Shown: one piece after another, positions 51,281 through 59,797 of the stretch
Position numbering within the stretch: position 1 is the first letter of the stretch
Layout of the letters: each line of letters begins with the position of its first letter
DNA from: Chthoniobacterales bacterium
GTDB lineage: Bacteria > Verrucomicrobiota > Verrucomicrobiia > Chthoniobacterales > UBA6821
Length of the DNA: 64,000 nucleotides
Direction: 5' to 3'
Assembly: GCA_035287205.1 (NCBI GenBank)
Contig: DATEBV010000367.1
Span: 3,869 to 67,868 of the forward strand
Made by a program: the position numbers and the translations under genes
The notes under the pieces: generated by a model
What the model saw: the letters and a program-made list of their open reading frames with translations, nothing else
What the model was told of the DNA's origin: nothing
Database searches by the model: none

Positions 51281-54200
51281 ATGGACCCTTCAGATTTTAT
51301 TTTTTTAGATTGGAATCGTCCATGGCTTCCTCAACTTGCACAGTACCTGCTGACAACATGGTCCTGTAATCAACAATCCTCAGCACTTGATTCTGCAAGC
51401 GCATATACTGACCTCTCTGACACTGTTGTAATTTTGCCTGGGAGTAGGGCAGGGCGGCGACTTTTAGAGCTTCTTGCGCTTCAAGCTACAGAAGCGGCGC
51501 AAATTTTAATTCCTCCTCGTATTGTTACTTTGAGGAAGGCCGTTTCTTTGTTTTTAGAATTGAGTGAAGAATGCTTTCCTGAGGCAGGGCTCTTTACAAG
51601 TCGATTAGCTTGGCGTGAAGCTATGGCACAACTTCCCGCAAGTGAGCATTCTTTCATTCATGCTGCTCCTATAGAATCAACACAGAATCAACCGCTCTAT
51701 CGTATTGCTGAAGAACTAGCCCAAAAATTGGGTGGTGTAGGGCTTGATTTCAACGATGTTGCGAGACGTCTTGGCAGTCTCTGTCCCGAGGTCGCTGACT
51801 TTGAAGAGCCCCGTTGGAACGCTCTAGCTCATTTACAACAACTCTATCGTCAACAACTGACCCAATGGGGATATAGCGATGCTACCGACGCTCTTCGAAA
51901 ACGGCTTGCAGAAGGGGTTGCGAAGAAAGATGGCCGGATACTCGCCTGTTTTGTTGCCGACTATTCTCCTCTTTTTATTCCTTTTTTTGAAAAGGTACAA
52001 CCAGCCATCGCTGTTGTGGCTCCTTCTTCGCATGCAGCAGGATTTGGAGCCTATGGAAAATTAATCACTTCTTACTGGTTAGAGCATCCTGTTTCTTTGG
52101 ACTCAGCAACTATTATTCCTTGTGAAAGGAGTGAGGATCAGGCAGAAGAGATCGCTCATCTTGTTTCTTCCTTAGAGGTTTTTCTTCCTTCTTCTTTTTC
52201 GCTATCCGATAGTATTTCAATAGCGACCCCTGATGTTTCAGCTGTTCCAATGATTCGTGAACAGCTGGCTTTAGCTGACATCAAAGCTCGTTGGGCAGGA
52301 GGAAAGTCTTTTAAAGGAAGTCGTCTTCATCAACTCTTGCATGCGGTTGCCACAATGATGGATTCCTTTCCCAAGCTCTCTCTCGAAGCCTTTCGTTTGC
52401 TCTTGCGTCATCCGGATATCAATGTGCATCTCTCAGATCAAGAAAAAGTAGACTTCTTTCGAAACTCTACTTCTGCTGTGAATTGCGGCGTCGCGCCGGT
52501 GCTCGAAGTATCGAGTAGCTCCTGTACACTCAACTTCTCCGCGCCGTCGACTCCTTGCACTTCATCAGCAGAAGCGAGTTTGGGAAGAAGTCTATTGATT
52601 CGTCAGCTCGACCAATGGGAACAAGATCATCTGTCGCAGTTTTTAGAAAAAGATCATCTGCGTCAGTTTCCCAAATTTTTTTCACTTCTTTCTGCTATTA
52701 CAAAAATTGAAGAGATCATAGGCTTTTCGCCAAGATCTCAACGACTTGATTATTTAGTGAATGAATTAAGATTGTTTTTTCTACGAACTATGGGCGATCG
52801 TGAGGTCCGTGTTACGGTTCCTGAAGAACATTATCTTGTAGGGTGCCTTGAAAAGTTGAACATACTTCTTGAAGAAATTTCTTGTTCTTCATCAGCCTCA
52901 GCGACCATGAATATAGGTTCTGAGACAGGTTCTAAAAGAAAATCTGATAGTGGTCCCTTTTCGCTTCGAATGGCTGATTTTATAAGGCTTCTTATTGAAA
53001 TCATGAGTTCAGAAGAGCTTCCGGAGCGTGAAGAGCCCGAAGCTATTGAACTTTTGGGATGGCTTGAGGTCGCTTCTGATGATGCGCCAGTAATTATTAT
53101 TTCCTCTTGTCATGAGGGAGCGCTTCCTTCCTCTCAACGAGGAGATCCTTGGCTGCCTGAAGGGATTAGAGGTGCCTTGGGACTTCCTGATAACAAGCGA
53201 TTACTTGCACGTGATCATTATCTCCTTCACACCATCATGGCTGCTCGCACAGAAGCAGGCGTTGTTAAGATCTTTGCGCCACGTCATAATGGTCGTGGAG
53301 AACCAGTACGCCCAAGTCGTCTTTTAATGCTTGGTTGTTCTGAAGAAGAATTACCTGAAAGAGTTCTTTCACTAACGCAACGATTACAAGGAGGTTCTTA
53401 TCGATCACAATCTCAACAGGATTTTAGTAAGAACCTATCTTCACAGTCTACTGAAGCTGCGATGGGCTTCGTCACTCCGGTGCTCGAGTCCTCAGGTATG
53501 CCCTATACATTCCGGGCTCTGCGCTCCGAGGTTCCTTGCCCTTCATCAGCCTCAGCGACTTTGAAAACAGGTTCTAAGCAAGAATCAAGCTTTCGAGCTC
53601 TTCCTATAACAGAAGCAACCATCGAACGTCTGAATGTTACCTCTTTACGCACCTACTTGCGATCGCCAAGACTTTTTTATCTGCAGCATATTTTAAAGCT
53701 TCAAGAAATTGAATTGAATGCTGTTGAAATGGATGCATCACAATTTGGAACCCTGATTCATGCGGTGCTTGGAGCTTTTGGAGCTGAGGAGAAGATAACT
53801 AGTGTCCTCGATGCTAAAGAAACCTCTTCGTGGTTTAGAAAAAAACTTTTTGAAATTGCTCAGTATCAATTCGGCAACGAGCCACGACAATCTATCGTAT
53901 CACAAATTGAAGAAGTGATGCCTACTTTAGATGGTTTTGCCAAAGCGCAACAACTTCATCGTAGTAAAGGATGGAAAATCATTCATGCTGAAGCTATAGA
54001 CCAGGGGGGAGGCTCTCGCTTAGAAAAAATGATATCTCTTCCGAAAGGTCAATCCGTTATTTTACAGGGAAGGATAGATCGAGTTGATTGGCATCCAGAA
54101 ACAAGACGATGGTTAATTATTGATTATAAAACTTCTAACCGACAAGATTGGGAAAGGCAGACTCCTGATAGAGAGCATTTTCAAGAACAAGGAGGAGTGA

Positions 54201-54505
54201 TGCTATGGCATGACCTTCAACTTCCATTGTACTTAAAACTTGTTGATCAAATTCCAGCAGTGATGGGTTCAGGATTACCTACTCCAACTTTGGACAATAC
54301 AGACCTCTGCTACTTTCAGCTTCCTATCCACCCTGAAAGAGCAGGGTTAAGTTCTTATTTTAGCAACAGCATGATTACAGCAGCGTGGGAAGAGGCCTTC
54401 CGTGTGATAGAAGAAATTCTTGCTGGTAACTTCGAAGAAATCGGTGATCTTAATTCTGATCAAATGCCTACCTTAGCCGCTCTTTGTGGGATTTCTGGGT
54501 TGTAG
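51281..54505 (+). CDS. PD-(D/E)XK nuclease family protein, AddB/RexB-like
   Basis: C-terminal 'GRIDRVDWHPETRRWLIIDYKTS' followed by 'QLPLY' fits the RecB-family nuclease motif of AddB-type proteins. About 1,075 aa, with no Walker A seen. Carries RE-3 insertions at 52456-52587, 52887-52933 and 53430-53575. No addA partner in the window. Confidence 0.55.
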   Translation: MDPSDFIFLDWNRPWLPQLAQYLLTTWSCNQQSSALDSASAYTDLSDTVVILPGSRAGRRLLELLALQATEAAQILIPPRIVTLRKAVSLFLELSEECFPEAGLFTSRLAWREAMAQLPASEHSFIHAAPIESTQNQPLYRIAEELAQKLGGVGLDFNDVARRLGSLCPEVADFEEPRWNALAHLQQLYRQQLTQWGYSDATDALRKRLAEGVAKKDGRILACFVADYSPLFIPFFEKVQPAIAVVAPSSHAAGFGAYGKLITSYWLEHPVSLDSATIIPCERSEDQAEEIAHLVSSLEVFLPSSFSLSDSISIATPDVSAVPMIREQLALADIKARWAGGKSFKGSRLHQLLHAVATMMDSFPKLSLEAFRLLLRHPDINVHLSDQEKVDFFRNSTSAVNCGVAPVLEVSSSSCTLNFSAPSTPCTSSAEASLGRSLLIRQLDQWEQDHLSQFLEKDHLRQFPKFFSLLSAITKIEEIIGFSPRSQRLDYLVNELRLFFLRTMGDREVRVTVPEEHYLVGCLEKLNILLEEISCSSSASATMNIGSETGSKRKSDSGPFSLRMADFIRLLIEIMSSEELPEREEPEAIELLGWLEVASDDAPVIIISSCHEGALPSSQRGDPWLPEGIRGALGLPDNKRLLARDHYLLHTIMAARTEAGVVKIFAPRHNGRGEPVRPSRLLMLGCSEEELPERVLSLTQRLQGGSYRSQSQQDFSKNLSSQSTEAAMGFVTPVLESSGMPYTFRALRSEVPCPSSASATLKTGSKQESSFRALPITEATIERLNVTSLRTYLRSPRLFYLQHILKLQEIELNAVEMDASQFGTLIHAVLGAFGAEEKITSVLDAKETSSWFRKKLFEIAQYQFGNEPRQSIVSQIEEVMPTLDGFAKAQQLHRSKGWKIIHAEAIDQGGGSRLEKMISLPKGQSVILQGRIDRVDWHPETRRWLIIDYKTSNRQDWERQTPDREHFQEQGGVMLWHDLQLPLYLKLVDQIPAVMGSGLPTPTLDNTDLCYFQLPIHPERAGLSSYFSNSMITAAWEEAFRVIEEILAGNFEEIGDLNSDQMPTLAALCGISGL
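52456..52587 (-). repeat. RE-3 copy (reverse orientation), in frame (44 codons) in the AddB-like gene
   Basis: Close reverse complement of 7316-7447, roughly 85-90% identical by eye. Encodes FRNSTSAVNCGVAPVLEVSSSSCTLNFSAPSTPCTSSAEASLG. Confidence 0.85.
52887..52933 (-). repeat. RE-3 end fragment, in frame in the AddB-like gene
   Basis: cttcatcagcctcagcgaccatgaatataggttctgagacaggttct aligns with the right end of 53430-53575. Confidence 0.55.
53430..53575 (-). repeat. RE-3 long variant (reverse orientation), in frame in the AddB-like gene
   Basis: Termini agaacctatcttcacagtc / gactttgaaaacaggttct. Reverse complement of copy 56102-56247. Encodes ...STEAAMGFVTPVLESSGMPYTFRALRSEVPCPSSASATLKTGS. 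Confidence 0.8.
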
Positions 54506-54515
54506 GCAAGAAGAA

Positions 54516-54750
54516 GGAAGAAAATAGCCACAAAAGAACACAAAGAAACACAAAAAGAAACTTGGCGATGAACTAGATTAATTAGCTAGCCTAAGCTGTT
54601 TTGCTGCTATTAACGCTCTATATTGAAGCAGGATTTCAATTCCTGGCCTCATTGATTTTCATAATATTGAACATTCTTTATCTTTAATTTTTATAAAAAT
54701 TCTTTTTTTTATTTTTGCTTCTTTGTGTTCTTTTGTGGCTATTTTCTTCC
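54516..54750. repeat. RE-5 full-length copy (AddB-like to GH spacer)
   Basis: GGAAGAAAATAGCCACAAAAGAACACAAAGAAACACAAAAAG ... TTCTTTTGTGGCTATTTTCTTCC. Confidence 0.85.
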
Positions 54751-57266
54751 GGCAATTACTTCATTTCAGTTTGAATTTATATCAACGCTCATTACTCGTC
54801 TGGCCATTCCTTGTGGTTGTTTTCTGCTATTTGCTAATTCCCTCACAAGTACTAGCTCTCAACGGTAGTAAATATTCGGTAAACTCATCTGTAGAATGTG
54901 CTCCAACGAATCAGCAGAGTTCTTCTAATTGTGCCTGCAGCAACAGCTCTCCACTTCCATCTCCTGTCGCAGCGACGACATCTCCCACCTCTCACCTACC
55001 ACCTACCACCTCTATTAGGCCTGTTGGTCGAATAGTGACAGGCATTGTCACTATTGATCTCGATCATCCGAAGGCAATTTTGGATGCTTCTCAAACTCTT
55101 GGTGCAGGAATTGATGGGCATAAAGAGGGAGAGGGGGAAACAATTTTTTCATTAGCCAATATTCGCCGTATGCGTTCAGCTGGTTTAAAACCACTTGCTT
55201 ACCGCCTTCGGACTGAATTAGGGGTGGAAGCATGGCATTGGAATCCTCAAGGAACTTGGAGTGATCCTTCTCACCAGCAAGGGTATTGGCTCTCATCGAT
55301 TCATTCTAAAAAACCACTTCTTGAAAGTTATGGTTATCGACTACCTCGTCGCGGAGATACTCTTGACGAAGCTAATAACGATGGCTATTCACGACTTGAT
55401 GATGGTAACTCTAAGACTTTTTGGAAAAGCAATCCTTACCTTACTTCTCATTATACAGGAGAACCTGATAGGAAACATCCCCAGTGGGTGGTGCTCGATT
55501 TTGGAAAGCCTGTTTTTATTAATGCGGTCCGTCTTCATTGGAGAGAACCCTACGCAAAAAAATTTCGTATTCAATTTGCCAATGAAGGAGCTGTTTACTT
55601 TGGGCATCATCGTCCTTGGCATGATTTTCCTCAGGGAAAAAGAGAGCAAGGTCATGGAGGAGAAGAATTGCTTTCTTTAGGAGAGGTCAAGAAATTCGGG
55701 AAAAGAATACCTATTCGTTTTCTTCGCGTTCTGATGACAGAGAGTTCAGCAACAGCTCCTCCTTCGTGTCACGACCCACGCGACATGATGGGATATGCTA
55801 TCCAAGAAATTGAAGCAGGAGAAATAACTCGCGACGGAGTTTTTCATGATCATGTCATTCATCGTCCTGATAACCAGCAGACGCTCGTTTATGTTTCATC
55901 AACGGATCCATGGCATCGTGCCTCAGATAGGGATGAAAAAACCGAGCAACCAGGTTTTGATTTAATTGTTTCTTCTCGTCTTGCAGAAAAAAATGCCATC
56001 CTTTGGTCACTTCCAGTATTGTATGATACTCCGGAAAATAGTGCTGCTGCAGTACGATTCTTGCAACAACGCGGATATCTCTCTCAAGGAGTGTCAAAAT
56101 TAGAACCTGTTTTAAAAGTCGCTGAGGCTGATGAAGGGCGAGGAGTCGGCGGCGCGCAGAAGTTGAGTGTACAGCAGCTACTCGATGCTTCGAGCACCGG
56201 CGCGACGAAGCCATTCGCAGCTGCAGTAGACTTTGAAAACAGGTTCTTAGAACTTGGTGAAGAACCCGATGGGCAGCGCATAGATCCTAATGACTTTGGA
56301 GCTCTCTACTGTCAAACAGCACGACTTATTCGTAAGATAGATCCTTCAATTTCTTTAGGAGGTCCTAGTTTTGTCACCATTGATTGCCAACCAAACGATA
56401 CCACCTACCGCTTTGATCATCGTTCTTGGCTTCAGCGATTTTTCAAACAACTTCGAAAAAAAAATCAAAAGAAAGACTTTCAGTTTCTTACTTTTGAGTG
56501 GTATCCCTTCGACGATATTTGCCTTGATCCAGCGTCCTTACTTACTCAAGAACCGCTCCAACTTCAGCAAGCCGTTAAGCGAATTCGTCGTGGAGGAGTT
56601 CCTCCCTCCATGCCACTCATGATTACCGAGTATGGGTATTCTGTCTTTGAAGGACAACCTGAGGTGGAGCTTGCAGCAGCACTACTCAATACGGATATTA
56701 GTGCTCAATTTCTCTTATTAGGAGGAAAGACTTCTTATCTTTATGGGTATGAACCAAATTCTTTAGCCTGCCTTTATGGGAATTCTTGGGGAAACCTGAT
56801 GATGTTTCTTCAGAATAAAAGAGGAGGAATCAAAGCCTCTCTTCCTACTTATTATGCTGCACGTCTCTTAACTCAAGAGTGGATGGCTCCTTTAGCAGGA
56901 ACTCATCAAATCTATCCAACAGTAACAAATCTCAAAGACAAGAAGGGAAGATCTTTGGTAACAGCCTATACCCTTCAGCGTCCAGATCATCAGTGGTCAC
57001 TTCTAATCGTCAATAAAAGCCCTGATCAAGCTTGTTGTATTCAATGTCATTTTCTACATGCTGATCGAAAAGTTCCTAGTCCATGGAAAAGTCCTAGGGA
57101 TCTTTATTCCTATTCTCCAGTTCAATACCAATGGCATGTTGATGGACCGCATGGGCATCCTTCTCGCAATCGAGAGCCAGCTCACTCTTCGCTCAAAGAA
57201 GAAGATCCAATAATAATACTTCCATGGTCTATTACGGTCATTCTATTCGGGCAACAGGCCGAATAG
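54723..57266 (+). CDS. Secreted discoidin (F5/8 type C)-domain protein with C-terminal TIM-barrel glycoside-hydrolase-like region
   Basis: 'FWKSNPY...PQWVVLDFGKPVFINAVRLHW' is discoidin-like. 'LELGEEPDG', 'FEWYPF' and 'MITEYGYS' resemble GH clan-A acid/base and nucleophile strands. TTG start lies inside RE-5 copy 54516-54750. In-frame RE-1V (54868-55039) and RE-3 (56102-56247). The TAG stop lies inside an RE-1L terminal hairpin. Confidence 0.55.
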   Translation: MCSFVAIFFRQLLHFSLNLYQRSLLVWPFLVVVFCYLLIPSQVLALNGSKYSVNSSVECAPTNQQSSSNCACSNSSPLPSPVAATTSPTSHLPPTTSIRPVGRIVTGIVTIDLDHPKAILDASQTLGAGIDGHKEGEGETIFSLANIRRMRSAGLKPLAYRLRTELGVEAWHWNPQGTWSDPSHQQGYWLSSIHSKKPLLESYGYRLPRRGDTLDEANNDGYSRLDDGNSKTFWKSNPYLTSHYTGEPDRKHPQWVVLDFGKPVFINAVRLHWREPYAKKFRIQFANEGAVYFGHHRPWHDFPQGKREQGHGGEELLSLGEVKKFGKRIPIRFLRVLMTESSATAPPSCHDPRDMMGYAIQEIEAGEITRDGVFHDHVIHRPDNQQTLVYVSSTDPWHRASDRDEKTEQPGFDLIVSSRLAEKNAILWSLPVLYDTPENSAAAVRFLQQRGYLSQGVSKLEPVLKVAEADEGRGVGGAQKLSVQQLLDASSTGATKPFAAAVDFENRFLELGEEPDGQRIDPNDFGALYCQTARLIRKIDPSISLGGPSFVTIDCQPNDTTYRFDHRSWLQRFFKQLRKKNQKKDFQFLTFEWYPFDDICLDPASLLTQEPLQLQQAVKRIRRGGVPPSMPLMITEYGYSVFEGQPEVELAAALLNTDISAQFLLLGGKTSYLYGYEPNSLACLYGNSWGNLMMFLQNKRGGIKASLPTYYAARLLTQEWMAPLAGTHQIYPTVTNLKDKKGRSLVTAYTLQRPDHQWSLLIVNKSPDQACCIQCHFLHADRKVPSPWKSPRDLYSYSPVQYQWHVDGPHGHPSRNREPAHSSLKEEDPIIILPWSITVILFGQQAE
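54868..55039 (+). mobile_element. RE-1V (172-nt variant), in frame inside the discoidin/GH gene
   Basis: GTAAATATTCGG...CTATTAGGCCTGTTGGTCGAATAGTGAC. Encodes KYSVNSSVECAPTNQQSSSNCACSNSSPLPSPVAATTSPTSHLPPTTSIRPVGRIV. Confidence 0.85.
56102..56247 (+). repeat. RE-3 long variant, in frame in the discoidin/GH gene
   Basis: Termini AGAACCTGTTTTAAAAGTC / GACTTTGAAAACAGGTTCT. Encodes EPVLKVAEADEGRGVGGAQKLSVQQLLDASSTGATKPFAAAVDFENRF. Confidence 0.85.
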
Positions 57267-57413
57267 AAGTTTAAGTTTTAAGTTTAAGTTTAAGTTTAAG
57301 TTGGTTTTTAGTCACTTCGTGACAATGAGAAAAGTGAAGCGATATTTTTATTTGCACCTAGTTTTTGCTCTCGAAATCGCTTCAGTAAAGGATTCTTTCA
57401 CGTCTAGACAAAT
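57240..57413 (-). mobile_element. RE-1L copy (reverse orientation) supplying the TAG stop of the GH gene
   Basis: ctattcgggcaacaggccgaaTAGaagtttaagtt...agtcacttcgtgacaatg...gtctagacaaat. The stop codon 57264-57266 lies inside the hairpin. Confidence 0.8.
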
Positions 57414-57501
57414 CTACAAAAAAAATCCATCGCTGTTTGCATGGCAGACAGCGATGGATTTAAAACCACTGTTGCATTACAACAGCGATGGATCCTTGGA
57501 T

Positions 57502-57855
57502 TTAGTTAACAGAACAAGCAGCTTGCTTTTGATCGCAATGCTTTTGAATCTTGTCAAGGATTGGCTCTACTGAAGGATCTTGCTTGATCATTGCAGCGCG
57601 TAGTGCTGGATCACCGCATCTCTTCTTGCTCAGGCAAGGATTAGCAGCAATAGCAGCAGCCTTGGCAGCATGAAGGCGGCAACGTTCTTCTTTAGTGAGC
57701 ACCGCACAGCACATATTGTCTCTTTTCTTCGTGCAAGGAGAGCACGCAGAAGGTGAAGACGCACAAACTGGCGTATTGTGCATTTCAGCTTTGACCGAAA
57801 CAACACCTGTTGTTAGGACGGCTGCGAGTAGGGTAGCGAGTAGTTTCTTATGCAT
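57502..57855 (-). CDS. Small secreted cysteine-rich protein
   Basis: Signal peptide MHKKLLATLLAAVLTTGVVSVKA. 12 Cys in about 95 mature residues. No family recognised. Confidence 0.45.
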   Translation of the reverse strand: MHKKLLATLLAAVLTTGVVSVKAEMHNTPVCASSPSACSPCTKKRDNMCCAVLTKEERCRLHAAKAAAIAANPCLSKKRCGDPALRAAMIKQDPSVEPILDKIQKHCDQKQAACSVN

Positions 57856-58098
57856 ACTTTTTTATAGGTTAAGGGTTACTGCATCTTTCTCACGCGATAC
57901 TTAGGTTACTGTACTTATTCTTTTTGGTATTTAGTTTCGTTGTCATCGCATCCGTTATCAATAGATAGCGGATGCTCTTCCTTCTAGCTAAACCTAAAAA
58001 TGCTTATGTAAAATCACCTGAGTCTCTCCTGAGAAAGATATATGACTACTGAACATCTCTGTAATGAACCTCTTTTTAAAGAAAGTCACTCTTTTTTT

Positions 58099-58350
58099 TT
58101 ATTCTTCACGCCCTAAACGATCGGCATAATAGGAGAAACGATTAGAGAGGATAAAAAAGGTAGGCGCCCAGAGTCCTATAAAAATTCCAAAACGTTCTCC
58201 ATAAGCACGCTGAGCGCATAAAGCTGCGTCATGCCAATCGACTGACATATTGCCACCTAAAAAATACCACATGATAATAGAACCCATGATGGAAAGAAAT
58301 CCGAAGAGTAAACAAAAGTTGCTGATAAGTTGGAGAGTTGATTTTTTCAT
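58099..58350 (-). CDS. Small two-TM membrane protein
   Basis: 83 aa with two hydrophobic helices. No family recognised. Confidence 0.4.
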   Translation of the reverse strand: MKKSTLQLISNFCLLFGFLSIMGSIIMWYFLGGNMSVDWHDAALCAQRAYGERFGIFIGLWAPTFFILSNRFSYYADRLGREE

Positions 58351-58507
58351 AAGAAGTTAATGGTTTAAATGTTTAGGAGTTTAGAGGAGTTGTGAAGTTG
58401 CTGCCTAGTCTCAAAGGTTTCTGATCACTAAGAAGAGATAGACTTTTAATAGGGATAGAAGAAGAAGAGAGGAAATGAAAGAAAAAGAACACAAAAAAGA
58501 GAATTAT

Positions 58508-58634
58508 TTAACCGCAGAGAATGCAGAGAATAGATTGCGAAATAAAAGATGCTTAAAAATAAATCCAAGAGATCTCTCTTACAATAGTACAAAGTTCTTT
58601 AATGTTTTTCATTCTTTGCGTTCTTTGCGGTTAA
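58508..58634. repeat. RE-5-related small inverted-repeat element (AACCGCAGAGAA termini)
   Basis: TTAACCGCAGAGAATGCAGAGAAT / ATTCTTTGCGTTCTTTGCGGTTAA, a 21/24 inverted repeat. Confidence 0.6.
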
Positions 58635-58646
58635 TTAAGTTTGTAA

Positions 58647-58670
58647 CTATTCGGCCTGTTGGCCGAATAG
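58647..58670. repeat. Solo RE-1 terminal hairpin abutting the stop of the FGE-like gene
   Basis: CTATTCGGCC-TGTT-GGCCGAATAG. The next base begins the reverse-strand stop codon (58671-58673). Confidence 0.8.
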
Positions 58671-59495
58671 TTATGTTTTAACCAGACGAATTCCAAAATT
58701 GATCATTGGTGTTTCGGGATAATAAAAGTGATTCTCCAAATGAAGTCCGCTTTTGGCGAGATAGCCACTAAATTTTTTCCAAGCATCAATCCATTGCCAA
58801 TAATCTTTATCACCATCATCATTTGAGTGGAGAAACTCAAATTGGTTCCATTCATCTTGTGTGGGCAAACGCCATTGTGCTCCTGCTTGTGGAGTGATGA
58901 CTTTATCCATCACATTCTGCCTCGTGATGAGTTTATTAGTATACGTAGGAATATATCCTTCGATATAGGCTCCTGAATGAGTGGAATCTGATTCAGTAAT
59001 TCCTGGGCCTTCAGCACCTACCGGCTGACCAAAATGCATCCAATTACAAAAGCGTGCCGCATCACATACTGTGACCCAGGTAATAGGTAAGTCTCCAATA
59101 GGAATGGCAACAGGCCTGCCCTTCTCATCAACTCTCGTTGGGAGTGTTCTTGTTCCTTGGATAACCGAGTAAGAATAGAGGTCGCCAATCCGTGTGCAGA
59201 TGATACAAGCAGTGCGAGAATCCATGGACATTTGTGGCTTATAGAGATGATACGGATCGCCTGTCGAGGCTACAGCATTGAGAAAAGCACAATACTCTTT
59301 TACCGAAATGCACTTTCTTGCAATGCTGAAATCTTCCATCGGAATAAGATCGATAGTGAGAGGTAATGAGAGAGGGGCGATAGCATCATCAGCTGTTGGA
59401 GTAGGGCTGGGAGAAGGAGGGTCTGCTCGAAGAGTGCTCAGGCTTAGAAAAACAATTAACAGGGATAAAAGCAGGGCTGATTTACGGAAAGTCAT
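58671..59495 (-). CDS. Formylglycine-generating enzyme (SUMF1/FGE-sulfatase domain) family protein, secreted
   Basis: Signal peptide. 'ITWVTVCDAARFCNWM' and 'WRLPTQDEW' match conserved FGE-domain motifs. The stop abuts an RE-1 hairpin (58647-58670). Confidence 0.7.
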   Translation of the reverse strand: MTFRKSALLLSLLIVFLSLSTLRADPPSPSPTPTADDAIAPLSLPLTIDLIPMEDFSIARKCISVKEYCAFLNAVASTGDPYHLYKPQMSMDSRTACIICTRIGDLYSYSVIQGTRTLPTRVDEKGRPVAIPIGDLPITWVTVCDAARFCNWMHFGQPVGAEGPGITESDSTHSGAYIEGYIPTYTNKLITRQNVMDKVITPQAGAQWRLPTQDEWNQFEFLHSNDDGDKDYWQWIDAWKKFSGYLAKSGLHLENHFYYPETPMINFGIRLVKT

Positions 59496-59525
59496 AAACA
59501 GGGATGAAAGAGAATAAAAGAAAAA

Positions 59526-59560
59526 GAAATTAACAAGGATGGAAGGGATGGAAGAGATAA
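59526..59560 (+). repeat. RE-6 solo left end
   Basis: gaaattaacaaggatggaagggatggaagagataa. Confidence 0.65.
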
Positions 59561-59797
59561 ATACAGAGAGAAGTGATTAATGGGAAAATCCATTTTCAAA
59601 ATCAGCTTGCTTTCGAACCCTATATACAGCAGCACAAGAATATTGCAAACAGGTAAACATCTTGATAGGAAATTACACCATCAATTCAATATTTTGGATA
59701 TCATCAAACCGACGTTCTACAAAAATTTAAATTCGCTGACATCTTGCCCTTTGAATACGGGCTGCAAGTATTGCCAATTTTATCAATGTTACATCTT

